Source of the DNA: an uncultured Pseudomonadota bacterium
GTDB lineage: Bacteria > SAR324 > NAC60-12
Reading direction: 5' to 3'
NCBI GenBank assembly: GCA_913020725.1
Contig: CAJWCD010000042.1
Location: 1 to 24,403 of the forward strand
DNA length: 24,403 nucleotides
The notes beneath the pieces were generated by a model, which was not told where the DNA came from, ran no database searches, and saw nothing but the letters and a program-made list of their open reading frames with translations. A program made the translations under genes and the position numbers. This document shows, in pieces, positions 9,085 to 17,680 of this stretch. The first letter of the stretch is position 1, and each line of letters opens with the position of its first letter.

Positions 9085-10143
9085 ATGATCCCGAAGAACT
9101 TCACTCGACGAAACTTCCTTGCCGGACTCGGCGCGACCGCCGCTGGCGTTTCCCTGCTGCCCCGCGACAGTTGGGCTGCCGAAGAAGCCAAGCTCAACTT
9201 CTACAACTGGGACACCTACATTGGTGAGACCACGCTCGACGATTTCAAGAAGGCGTCTGGCATTACGGTCAAGATGGACCTGTTTGCGGACAACGACGAA
9301 CTCTTCGCCAAGCTCAAAGAGGGCAATCCGGGTTATGACGTGATTGTACCGACCAACGATTATGTAGAGCAGATGATTGTCGCCAAGATGCTGGAGCCGG
9401 TCGACCTGAGCATGATTCCCAATCTCAAGAACCTCAACCCAGCATTTCAGGACAGCGACTTCGATCCGGGCCGCAAGCACAGCATCCCCTACATGTGGGG
9501 GACGCAGGGTATTGGCTACCGCAAGTCGCGGGTCAACGGTGTTCCGAACAGTTGGAAGGTGATGCTCGACTCCGCCGAGTACTCCGGACGCATTGCCCTG
9601 CTCAACGAGGGCGTGTTGGGTGTGGCCCTCAAGTACCTCGGCCACTCCTACAATTCGAAGAATCTTGCAGAAATCAAGCAAGCCGAAGAACTGTTGATCC
9701 GGCAGAAACCGCACATCAAGCTCTTCGCAGAGGACAACGGGCAGGATCTGCTGCTCTCCGGAGAGGTGGATCTGGCGATGGAGTGGAACGGGGACATCCT
9801 GCAAGTGATGGCCGAGGACGACGACATTTCCTATGTCGTGCCCAAGGAAGGCTCGCTGGTGTGGCAGGACTGCCTCTGCATTCCGACGGGCGCCCCGCAT
9901 CCGGAGAACGCTCACAAGTTCATGAACTTCATCCTCGACGCCAAGGCCGGCGCAGCGATTGCGGATTTCATCCAGTACGCCACCCCGAACGACGCGGCCC
10001 GCAAGCTCTTGAGCGATGACTACAACAAGAACCCGGCGATTTTCCCCAGCCAAGCCACACTGAGCCGTTGTGAGTCCGGCATCTATCTTGGCGAGGACAT
10101 CAAGCGTGTGCGCGACGAAGCGTGGACCCGCGTCCTCTCCTGA
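9085..10143 (+). CDS. Polyamine ABC transporter substrate-binding protein (PotD/PotF/SpuD-E family) with a Tat signal peptide
   Basis: TRRNFL twin-arginine leader ending SWA/AEE; LNFYNWDTYI, GYDVIVPT, SIPYMWGTQGIGY, WNGD, PKEG...WQD, AHKFMNF. GGAG ribosome site upstream. Confidence 0.92.
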   Translation: MIPKNFTRRNFLAGLGATAAGVSLLPRDSWAAEEAKLNFYNWDTYIGETTLDDFKKASGITVKMDLFADNDELFAKLKEGNPGYDVIVPTNDYVEQMIVAKMLEPVDLSMIPNLKNLNPAFQDSDFDPGRKHSIPYMWGTQGIGYRKSRVNGVPNSWKVMLDSAEYSGRIALLNEGVLGVALKYLGHSYNSKNLAEIKQAEELLIRQKPHIKLFAEDNGQDLLLSGEVDLAMEWNGDILQVMAEDDDISYVVPKEGSLVWQDCLCIPTGAPHPENAHKFMNFILDAKAGAAIADFIQYATPNDAARKLLSDDYNKNPAIFPSQATLSRCESGIYLGEDIKRVRDEAWTRVLS

Positions 10144-10151
10144 GCAAGTGA

Positions 10152-10185
10152 TCTCGGCGGGTGGCTTTGTGCGTACCCGCCTAGA
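10152..10185 (+). repeat. Intergenic stem-loop after the binding-protein gene (possible degenerate REP or mRNA stabiliser)
   Basis: GGCGGGT (10156-10162) pairs with ACCCGCC (10175-10181), extended by TCT/AGA. Confidence 0.5.
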
Positions 10186-10214
10186 CTCCGGAACCACTTT
10201 GAAAGGATGAACAG

Positions 10215-11135
10215 TTGGAGAGTTGGCGTCGAAATCCGCTGGTCTTCTGGATCTTTCTGGTTCCTCCCACCATCTGGCTGCTTGCGTTTTTCCTGATCCC
10301 GCTAGGGCTGATTTTTACGTTCAGCTTCAGTGAAAAACGCGGGATCATCGAAATGGCCTTCACCGGCACGCTCGATAACTACTTGCGGGCGCTCGATCCA
10401 CTCTACCTCGGCATCTTCCTCAAATCCTTCTGGTTCGCAGGACTGACCACCTTGGCCTGCCTCGTGGTGGCCTTTCCCGTTGCCATTGCCATCACCTTCG
10501 CCAGTCCACGCTGGCGACCTGTGCTGCTGCTGCTGACGATCCTGCCATTCTGGACCAACCTACTCATTCGCACATACGCGCTGATTGCAGTCTTGCGCAC
10601 TCGCGGCTACGTCAACTTCCTGCTGGAGGATTTGTGGAACGGGGGAAATTGGTTGTTGAACCTCGTCGGGCTGGGCAGTCTGCAACTGCTAGGGGCACGG
10701 TTCGAGCCGTTGCAGATGCTCTACAACAACTTCGCCGTTGTCTTCGGGCTGGTCTATGTCCACCTGCCCTTCATGGTGCTGCCGCTCTACGCTGCACTCG
10801 ACCGCATGGACCGCTCCTATCTTGAAGCGAGTCTCGATCTTGGCGCAGGACAAATTCGCACCTTTTTCTCGATCATCGTCCCGCTGGCGATGCCCGGCAT
10901 CATCTCCGGACTGATCATCACTTACATCCCGGCCCTCGGCTCCTACCTCACTCCAGACCTGCTGGGCGGCACCAACAGCCAGATGATCGCCAACGTGATC
11001 GAGCGCCAATTCAAGTCGGCAAACGACTGGCCGTTTGGCTCGGCACTTTCCTTTTTCCTGATGTACCTCACCTTCTTTGCACTCGCGCTGCGGACGCTGT
11101 TCTCCAAAAACAGATCATCGCTGGGGGCTGCATAA
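10215..11135 (+). CDS. potB: Polyamine ABC transporter permease (PotB/PotH type)
   Basis: LPFWTNLLIRTYA, YVHLPFMVLPLY, EAA loop YLEASLDLGA, PDLLGG, DWPFGSALS. TTG start 7 nt after GAAAGGA. Confidence 0.88.
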   Translation: MESWRRNPLVFWIFLVPPTIWLLAFFLIPLGLIFTFSFSEKRGIIEMAFTGTLDNYLRALDPLYLGIFLKSFWFAGLTTLACLVVAFPVAIAITFASPRWRPVLLLLTILPFWTNLLIRTYALIAVLRTRGYVNFLLEDLWNGGNWLLNLVGLGSLQLLGARFEPLQMLYNNFAVVFGLVYVHLPFMVLPLYAALDRMDRSYLEASLDLGAGQIRTFFSIIVPLAMPGIISGLIITYIPALGSYLTPDLLGGTNSQMIANVIERQFKSANDWPFGSALSFFLMYLTFFALALRTLFSKNRSSLGAA

Positions 11136-11149
11136 AGAATCCTATTGCC

Positions 11150-11254
11150 TTCGTCACGGACCACGCGGATCAAAAAAGGAAGACACTGGTTTCACGGACA
11201 CCCATCGATAAAAAACAGCAAAACCATCCACGTCCATCCGTGAAAATCCGAGGC
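11150..11254. repeat. Degenerate CACGGA / ATCCGTG periodic inverted-repeat element
   Basis: CACGGA at 11155 and 11193; ATCC units with 10-bp period at 11226, 11236 and 11246; TTTCACGGA (11190-11198) pairs with TCCGTGAAA (11237-11245). Confidence 0.5.
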
Positions 11255-11300
11255 AAACCACCAAAATCCTTGCCTTGGCGGCGACGCTATACCTGTCTGG

Positions 11301-11330
11301 AAAGTGCCGTGTATTAGTGATGATCGGCAC
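11301..11330 (-). terminator. Possible terminator hairpin of the peptide ABC operon
   Basis: GTGCCG/CGGCAC stem (11304-11309 with 11325-11330), 9 nt after the last stop, followed by only TTT on the minus strand. Confidence 0.35.
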
Positions 11331-11339
11331 GACGACGAC

Positions 11340-12263
11340 TCACCGTCCGCGCAGACGCGGATCAAGTGCGTCCCGGAGGCCGTCACCAACGTAGTTGACG
11401 CTGAGGACAGTGAGGGCGATGAAGAGGCCAGGCCAAATCACGCGGGCCGGGGTGATCTGGATGAAGTTTGCACCGTCGTAGAGCAGCCGTCCCCATGTTG
11501 GAAAATCCGGGGGAAAGCCGAGACCAAGGAAGGAGAGTGCGGACTCGGTGATGATCGCGTTGGCGATGCCCAAGGTCGCAGACACCATGATCGGGCTGAG
11601 GATGTTGGGCAGGATGTGTCGGGTGATGATGCGTCGCTGTCGCGTGCCGATACTGTGGGCGGCGATCACAAACTCCCGTTCCTTGATTCCCAAGACATCG
11701 CCCCGCACAATCCGCGCTGTGTGCATCCAACTGGTGATGCCGATTACAAACACGATCAGCATGAAGATTCCCATTTCCGGACCATAAAGTGAGCGCAGTG
11801 TGTCTCGGAAAAGCATAATGATTACTAAGAGCAGGGGGAGGATCGGTAAGGCAAGAAAGAGGTCGGTGAGTCGCATCAACGGGCCGTCCAGCGCTTTGAA
11901 AAATCCCGCCAGCACTCCGACAAAAGTGCCCAGCAAGAGCGCAATCAGCATGGCGAGAAACCCCACCGCCAGCGAAACCTGACCGCCTGCGAGCATCTGC
12001 GCCAACGTGTCATGTCCGATGTTGTCGGTTCCTAAAGGATGCTCCCAATTCGGCGCCAGATTGCGCTCCCGGAAATTGATGGTGTTCGGATCAATACCAT
12101 GCAGTTTGGGTCCGATTGAAACCGCCATGAGGATGAACACAAACACAAACACTCCAAGCATCGCACCTTTGTGTTTGCGGAACTGACGCCAGACATCTCC
12201 CCACAAGGAGCGATGCACGGTTTCGGATTCAACGATCTCACTGGCAGCATTTGCGTCAATCAT
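11340..12263 (-). CDS. oppC: Peptide/oligopeptide ABC transporter permease (OppC/DppC type)
   Basis: SLWGDVWRQFRKHK, HPLGTD, EREFVIAAHSIG, HILPN, ESALSFLGLG, VGDGLRDALDPR. ATG 12263 overlaps the upstream permease stop. Confidence 0.88.
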   Translation of the reverse strand: MIDANAASEIVESETVHRSLWGDVWRQFRKHKGAMLGVFVFVFILMAVSIGPKLHGIDPNTINFRERNLAPNWEHPLGTDNIGHDTLAQMLAGGQVSLAVGFLAMLIALLLGTFVGVLAGFFKALDGPLMRLTDLFLALPILPLLLVIIMLFRDTLRSLYGPEMGIFMLIVFVIGITSWMHTARIVRGDVLGIKEREFVIAAHSIGTRQRRIITRHILPNILSPIMVSATLGIANAIITESALSFLGLGFPPDFPTWGRLLYDGANFIQITPARVIWPGLFIALTVLSVNYVGDGLRDALDPRLRGR

Positions 12264-13269
12264 AACGAATCCGTGGGTCGAGAATCCCGTAAAGCACGTC
12301 CGCAACTAGATTGAACAGCACGATCAACACCGCAAAGAGGAAGGTCAGCGTTTGCACCAAGGGGATGTCCGCGCCTTCGATGGCGATGATCAAAAGTTGC
12401 CCCAGTCCGTTCACCCGGAAGACCTGCTCGGTGATGAGAGCACCGCTGAAAATGGTGGGAATGCCCAAGGCGATCAGCGTGACCACTGGAATCAGGCTGT
12501 TGCGCAAAACGTGGACGAGCAGCACCGCGGTTTCCGAGCGTCCCTTGGCGCGGGCCGTGCGCACATAGTCGAGGTTGAGGTTGTCCAGAATGGAGGCCCG
12601 CATGAACCGGCTTAGCTGGGAGGCGTTGTAAAGTCCCAACACCATCACGGGCATAATCATCTGCTTGACCTGTAGGACGAAATTTCCCCAACTGTCCACG
12701 ACAAGGGTGGTGTCGTAAATCATTGGGAACCACTGGAGTTGCACACTGAAAAGGATGATCGCCACCATGCCCGTGAAGAAGGTGGGCACGGAAAACCCGA
12801 CCATCGAGACAAAGGTGCCGATTTGGTCAAACCACGAATACTGTTTGTAGGCAGAGGCAATGCCGATGGGAATCGCGATGATGATGCCAAACAGGTAGGA
12901 CAAGCCGACCACCCACAAGGTCTGTGGGGTGCGCTGGATGATCAGATCCACCACCGGACTGCGGGTCGCCCAAGACAGGACGCGGGTGCGGTTTTCCACA
13001 TCCCCGATGGAGATCCCCCAACCTTCGTGCAAAAGGTTCAGAGGTTCATTGATGAAAAACTGGTTGAGCCACATCCCAAAGCGGATGTACATGGGTTTGT
13101 CCAACCCAAGCGAAATCCGGATCTTCTCCCGCACCTCTGGAGGAACCGTCATCGGCAGGTTCCCGGTGGGGTCGTTCGGGGCAAGGTCGAGGATGGCGAA
13201 GATGATGAAGCTGATCACCAACAAGGTGGGAATGGCAATCAGCAAACGCCGGATGATGTACTGGATCAA
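12256..13269 (-). CDS. oppB: Peptide/oligopeptide ABC transporter permease (OppB/DppB type)
   Basis: YIIRRLL, LGLDKP, DYVRTARAKG, HVLRNSLIP, ITEQVF...GLG, DVLYGILDPRIRY. TTG start. Confidence 0.88.
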   Translation of the reverse strand: MIQYIIRRLLIAIPTLLVISFIIFAILDLAPNDPTGNLPMTVPPEVREKIRISLGLDKPMYIRFGMWLNQFFINEPLNLLHEGWGISIGDVENRTRVLSWATRSPVVDLIIQRTPQTLWVVGLSYLFGIIIAIPIGIASAYKQYSWFDQIGTFVSMVGFSVPTFFTGMVAIILFSVQLQWFPMIYDTTLVVDSWGNFVLQVKQMIMPVMVLGLYNASQLSRFMRASILDNLNLDYVRTARAKGRSETAVLLVHVLRNSLIPVVTLIALGIPTIFSGALITEQVFRVNGLGQLLIIAIEGADIPLVQTLTFLFAVLIVLFNLVADVLYGILDPRIRYD

Positions 13270-13322
13270 TGTCTAAAACATCGGTTGTTTGAAATGAACA
13301 GAACTTCCACCGTTCCACGAAT

Positions 13323-13357
13323 AACGACTAGTCGTTCCCCCCTTTGGAAAGGGGGAA
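13323..13357. repeat. 14-bp perfect palindrome adjoining a CCCCCTTTGGAAAGGGGG REP-like hairpin
   Basis: AACGACTAGTCGTT (13323-13336) is self-complementary; CCCCCTTT-GG-AAAGGGGG at 13338-13355. Confidence 0.6.
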
Positions 13358-13376
13358 GACGATTTGCACATTATTG

Positions 13377-13413
13377 AATGCGGCATGCGGGCTGAACGCC
13401 TGCAAACCGCATT
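13377..13413 (-). other. Stem-loop 20 nt downstream of the peptide-binding-protein stop (mRNA stabiliser or partial terminator)
   Basis: AATGCGG (13377-13383) pairs with CCGCATT (13407-13413); inner imperfect stem TGCGGGC / GCCTGCA. Confidence 0.5.
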
Positions 13414-13433
13414 GACAGCAAAAACTCTGTGGA

Positions 13434-15149
13434 TTACTTCCGAGTCCAATCGGCGATGTTCCAGAGTTCCGAATCCCAAGCGTTCATTTGAACGTTTTTG
13501 AGGGAATTGGCGTGGGCCGAGACGCTGCCACGGTGGATCAGCGGAATCATCGCATAATCCTGCATCAGCATGTCGTTCATCTGCTTGGCCAGTGTGATCC
13601 GGTCTTTGAGCGCCGCCGTCTTGGACATTTTTGCAGAGAGGGCATCGTAGTCCGGGTGACACCAGCGCGGCATGTTGCCACCGCCCCACTTGTTGGCCTT
13701 GCGGGAGATTTCCTTGCAGGTCCAGCCGGACATGTAGGTTTCCGGGTCCGTGCCGCTGAAATTGTTGGTGTACATCTCGATGTCCGCGAAGAACTTCTGG
13801 TAGGTGTCGGGACTGGCGATGTCCCCGCCGAAGAACACGGACGCGCTGAGGTTGCGCAACTCGGTTTCCACACCAATCACCCTCCACATCTCCTTGATGA
13901 AGGCCTGCGTGGCTTGGCGCACGGAGTTGGTGGAGGTTTGGTAAAGGATCGAGAGGCGCACTCCGTCCTTTGCGCGAACGCCGTCCGAACCGCGCTTCCA
14001 GCCCGCTTCGTCTAGGAGTCGGTTGGCTTCTGCAGGATTCGGGGTCTTGCACTCGTCGTTGGCCGTTGAGGCGTAAATGGCCGGTGCAGGCAGCACATTG
14101 CAACTGATCTTGCCAGCCTGACCATAGCCAGCCTCCACCAACACTGCGCGGTCAATGGCGAGCGAGAGGGCGCGGCGCACCGCATAGTCTGTGAGGAACG
14201 GATGCGGATTGCCGTTGTTGTTGCCGCCCATGTACTCCGCACGGTTTTCGCCTAAGGCCGGATCCGGGTTGGTGAAGTTCACCATCAACCGTTCCACGGA
14301 GGTGCCAAAGGCCGAGACGACAGTCCCTTTTCCGGCCTTTTCCATTCTGGTAAGGATCTCCGGCTCAACCTGAAGGTTCCAAGCGTAGTCCATCTCGCCT
14401 GTCTCCAAGACCGAGCGGGCGGAGGAAACCGCGTCGCCCCCACCCTTGAAGACCAAGGTGTGGAACGCCGGCTTGTTGGAGTCGCGATAGTTCTCGTTGG
14501 CTTCAAAGACGATCACGTCGTTCGGCTTGAAGTCCTTGACCTTGAACGGTCCCGTTCCAATCGGGTAGAAATTCTGCTTGGTGCAAGCCTGAGCCTTCTG
14601 ACCTTCACAGCCCTTGAACTGGGCCTTCTGGAGGATCGGTCCGTTGTAGCCGACAAAGGCACTGTACGGGAAAGGCTTGGCGACCGTGAAGTCAATCCGA
14701 ACCGTGTGGGCATCAACGGCTGTGACCGACTTGATGTCATTGTAATAATTCGACTGTGTGCAACCCGTGTCCGCATCGGTGCAGTATTCGTAGGTGAACA
14801 CGACATCAACTGCGGTTAGTGCCGAACCGTCGGACCACTTGATGCCCTGCTTGAGTTTCCAAGTGATCGAGGTCAGGTCTTCCGCCACACCGCCATTGGC
14901 GACTGTGGGGATTCCCACGGCGAGATACGGGACCAGATTGCCGTTGTGATCGTAGCGAGCCAACGGCTCAAGCACAACCGAGGACGCTTCGAGTTCCTTG
15001 GTTCCCCCCGAAAGATTGGGGTTCATGGTTGAGGGCGCCTGCCAGTAGAGCAGGTTGAGTTGACCGTCCCGGCCCCGCTGGGCTTGGACTGTGCTTGCCA
15101 ACGCCACGGCGAGCGCCAGGGTCAGCAGAGCAGCGATTGTTTTACGCAT
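13434..15149 (-). CDS. oppA: Peptide ABC transporter substrate-binding protein (SBP family 5; 571 aa)
   Basis: Sec signal MRKTIAALLTLALAVALASTVQA after AAGGAG; LYWQAPSTMNP, WKLKQGIKWSDG..LTAVDVVFT, PIGTGPF, VRRALSLAIDR, WNIADW. Confidence 0.88.
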   Translation of the reverse strand: MRKTIAALLTLALAVALASTVQAQRGRDGQLNLLYWQAPSTMNPNLSGGTKELEASSVVLEPLARYDHNGNLVPYLAVGIPTVANGGVAEDLTSITWKLKQGIKWSDGSALTAVDVVFTYEYCTDADTGCTQSNYYNDIKSVTAVDAHTVRIDFTVAKPFPYSAFVGYNGPILQKAQFKGCEGQKAQACTKQNFYPIGTGPFKVKDFKPNDVIVFEANENYRDSNKPAFHTLVFKGGGDAVSSARSVLETGEMDYAWNLQVEPEILTRMEKAGKGTVVSAFGTSVERLMVNFTNPDPALGENRAEYMGGNNNGNPHPFLTDYAVRRALSLAIDRAVLVEAGYGQAGKISCNVLPAPAIYASTANDECKTPNPAEANRLLDEAGWKRGSDGVRAKDGVRLSILYQTSTNSVRQATQAFIKEMWRVIGVETELRNLSASVFFGGDIASPDTYQKFFADIEMYTNNFSGTDPETYMSGWTCKEISRKANKWGGGNMPRWCHPDYDALSAKMSKTAALKDRITLAKQMNDMLMQDYAMIPLIHRGSVSAHANSLKNVQMNAWDSELWNIADWTRK

Positions 15150-15313
15150 TACGTTCTCCTTGAAAAGGAACAAGGTCGGCAACCAAATGTCGCCCACCCT
15201 TGGTTAAGAACTCCGGAACTCCGGGGTTCCATGAACCCAGAGCCTCCCCTATGGAAACTCCGGGGTGAAAACTCTAGATCCTTATGAATTTTGATTTTGA
15301 AAACGGGTATTTC

Positions 15314-15381
15314 TGGTAGCACGGGGCGGCACACCCGTGCCGAACGTCCGCGAGCGCGGGTTTATGCACCCCGCGCTACCA
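15314..15381. repeat. Inverted pair of GTAG-type REP units (REPIN-like)
   Basis: Plus strand: GTAG overlapping the hairpin GCACGGG-N8-CCCGTGC (15316-15340). Minus strand: GTAG overlapping GCGCGGG-N9-CCCGCGC (15379-15354). Outer arms TGGTAGCACGGGG / CCCCGCGCTACCA are complementary with one mismatch. Confidence 0.75.
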
Positions 15382-15524
15382 TTTGGAAGTTCATTACCCA
15401 ATTTGCTTGTCAAAACTCATTAGAGCCAACTCGCAATGACTTGCGAGCGGCCATTGATCTGAAGCTGAAAAACCATTGCCAAATTTCGAGAAAGTCGCAA
15501 GCCCCTCCTGTGCTCCTTCCCCCT

Positions 15525-16508
15525 TCATTTTGAAAAATGGCAGGCCACTTGGTGTCCAGACCGCAACTCCCGCCACTCCGGAGGCTCGTAGTAGCACTGC
15601 TCCTGCGCCACTGGACAGCGGGTGCTGAACGGACAACCTGGGGGCGGATTCGCCGGACTGGGCACATCCCCCATGAGGATCACGCGCTCACGCTGGGCCT
15701 CCTTCAGTGGATCGTGAATCGGCACTGCCGAAAGCAGCGCCTGCGTGTACGGATGCAGCGGTTCTCGGTAGAGCGACGCGCTGGGGGCCAGTTCCATGAG
15801 CTTGCCGAGGTACATAACCGCGACGCGATCCGCGATGTGCCGGATCATGCTGAGGTCGTGGGAGATGAACAAATAGGTGAGGCCGTACTGCTCTTGGAGG
15901 TCTTCGAGCAGATTGACGACCTGCGCCTGAATGGACACGTCCAAGGCGGCAATGGGTTCGTCACAGACAATGAACTCCGGATTGAGCGCAAGCGCCCGTG
16001 CAATGCCGATGCGTTGCCGCTGGCCTCCGGAGAACTCATGGGGGTAGCGGTTCGTGAACTTGGGGTTCATGCCCACCGATTGCAGCAATTCCTCCACCCG
16101 TTCCCGGCTTGCCTTGCCCTTGGCGATACCGTGTTCCTCCAGCGGTTCCCCAATGATGCTGCCCACCGTCATGCGGGGATTGAGGCTGTCCTGCGGATCC
16201 TGAAAGATCATCTGCATTTTGGGCCGCAGTTTGCGCATCCCCTCCGTGCTTAAACGAGTGAGTTCCTCACCCCGGAAGGCAACATTGCCCCCGGTGGCCG
16301 GATAGAGTTGCAGGATCACGCGGCCTGCGGTGGATTTGCCACAACCACTCTCGCCGACAAGCCCAAGGGTTTCGCGCTCCCTGATCTCGAAGGAGATGCC
16401 GTCCACCGCCTTGACAGAACCCACCTCCCGCCGAAAAACCCCCTTGGTGATGGGGAAGTGCTTGGTGAGGTTCTCCACCTTGAGCAAAACGGGATTTGCT
16501 GCGCTCAT
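15525..16508 (-). CDS. oppF: Peptide ABC transporter ATPase (OppF/DppF type)
   Basis: KAVDG, Walker [10 protein letters not shown], signature [21 protein letters not shown]-terminal GCPFSTRCP...C...VACH. ATG 16508 overlaps the upstream TGA (ATGA) and follows AGGAG. Confidence 0.9.
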   Translation of the reverse strand: MSAANPVLLKVENLTKHFPITKGVFRREVGSVKAVDGISFEIRERETLGLVGESGCGKSTAGRVILQLYPATGGNVAFRGEELTRLSTEGMRKLRPKMQMIFQDPQDSLNPRMTVGSIIGEPLEEHGIAKGKASRERVEELLQSVGMNPKFTNRYPHEFSGGQRQRIGIARALALNPEFIVCDEPIAALDVSIQAQVVNLLEDLQEQYGLTYLFISHDLSMIRHIADRVAVMYLGKLMELAPSASLYREPLHPYTQALLSAVPIHDPLKEAQRERVILMGDVPSPANPPPGCPFSTRCPVAQEQCYYEPPEWRELRSGHQVACHFSK

Positions 16509-17509
16509 GGTTTCGCCTCTCCTGTTGCCGTGTCCCACCAGCAGGCCAGCTCGTGTCCGTCTGCAACGCTTTCCAAGAGTGGGTTTGCTTGCAGGCAACG
16601 CTCGAACACATGTGGACAGCGCGGCGCGAAGGGGCAACTGACGGGTTTGTGATGCAAGTCCGGGGGCTGGCCTTTGATGCTTTCCAATCGTTCGGAGCGG
16701 TCGCCGTCCATGTCGGGAAGCGTGCGCAGCAGCGCTTGGGTGTAGGGGTGTTTGGGGTTGCTATAAAGTTCTTTGACACCCGCCCGTTCGACCACGAAGC
16801 CGCCGTACATCACCATCACGCGATCCGCGATTCCCGCAACCACGCCTAAGTCGTGGGTGATCCAGATGATCGCCATGCCGAGTTCCTGCCGGAGCCGCTT
16901 GACGAGATCGAGAATCTGCGCTTGGATCGTGACGTCGAGCGCGGTGGTCGGCTCGTCTGCAATCAGCACCTTGGGGTCGCAGGCCAGCGCAATCGCAATC
17001 ATCACCCGCTGCCGCATGCCTCCGGAAAACTGATGCGGGAAATCGTTCAGCCGATTCGCCGCCATCGGAATGCCCACCAATTCCAACAATTCTCCCGCCC
17101 GTTGCCTTGCCACCTTGCGGGGCATCTTCAGATGCTCCCGGAGCGATTCCGTGAGTTGGTAGCCAACCGTCAGTACCGGATTCAGCGAAGTCATCGGATC
17201 TTGGAAAATGAAGCCGATGCGCCCGCCCCGGACGTGCCGCATCTTGTTCGGGTCGAGCTTGAGCAAGTCCTCGCCCTCAAAGTAGGCTTCTCCGGAAACG
17301 ATCTCAGCAGGGGGCATGGGCAGGAGCTTGAGCAGCGACATCATCGTCACGCTCTTACCCGAACCACTTTCGCCGACGATGCCGAGCAGTTCCCCTTCGT
17401 TCAAACTGAAGCTGATGCCGTTGACCGCATAGACCATTCCGTCCTGCGTACGAAAACGGGTCACCACGTCCTTGACTTCAAGCACGGGCGAAGCTGCGGT
17501 GTGCTGCAT
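16505..17509 (-). CDS. oppD: Peptide ABC transporter ATPase (OppD/DppD type)
   Basis: [52 protein letters not shown]...C...LACW. Confidence 0.9.
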   Translation of the reverse strand: MQHTAASPVLEVKDVVTRFRTQDGMVYAVNGISFSLNEGELLGIVGESGSGKSVTMMSLLKLLPMPPAEIVSGEAYFEGEDLLKLDPNKMRHVRGGRIGFIFQDPMTSLNPVLTVGYQLTESLREHLKMPRKVARQRAGELLELVGIPMAANRLNDFPHQFSGGMRQRVMIAIALACDPKVLIADEPTTALDVTIQAQILDLVKRLRQELGMAIIWITHDLGVVAGIADRVMVMYGGFVVERAGVKELYSNPKHPYTQALLRTLPDMDGDRSERLESIKGQPPDLHHKPVSCPFAPRCPHVFERCLQANPLLESVADGHELACWWDTATGEAKP

Positions 17510-17593
17510 TCCTGCTAGGGGAATTCTGGATGTGTGAGTGTTCAGAACTTGGAGGATAATCCGTGTTGGTCTCCAACTGACAAATGTGGATGA

Positions 17594-17621
17594 ATGATAC
17601 AGGACACAAATCCATTGTCAA
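17594..17621 (-). promoter_or_regulatory. Sigma-70 promoter for the peptide ABC operon
   Basis: Minus strand TTGACA (17621-17616), 16 nt, TATCAT (17599-17594), about 85 nt before the oppD ATG. Confidence 0.6.
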
Positions 17622-17680
17622 TGCTGATCGGTGATTATTTCTGCATTCTTGTTCTTCTCCGCTCCAAGTACGCAACTCGC

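Noticed and set aside
6606..10197. Long antisense ORFs (452, 403 and 386 aa) opposite spuB, spuC and the binding protein
   Set aside because: Shadow frames typical of GC-rich coding DNA; no recognisable motifs, and they overlap confident genes.
13269..13281. In-frame ATG-TTT-TAG just upstream of oppB (possible amber readthrough)
   Set aside because: The TTG start already gives a normal OppB N-terminus, and there is no recoding evidence.
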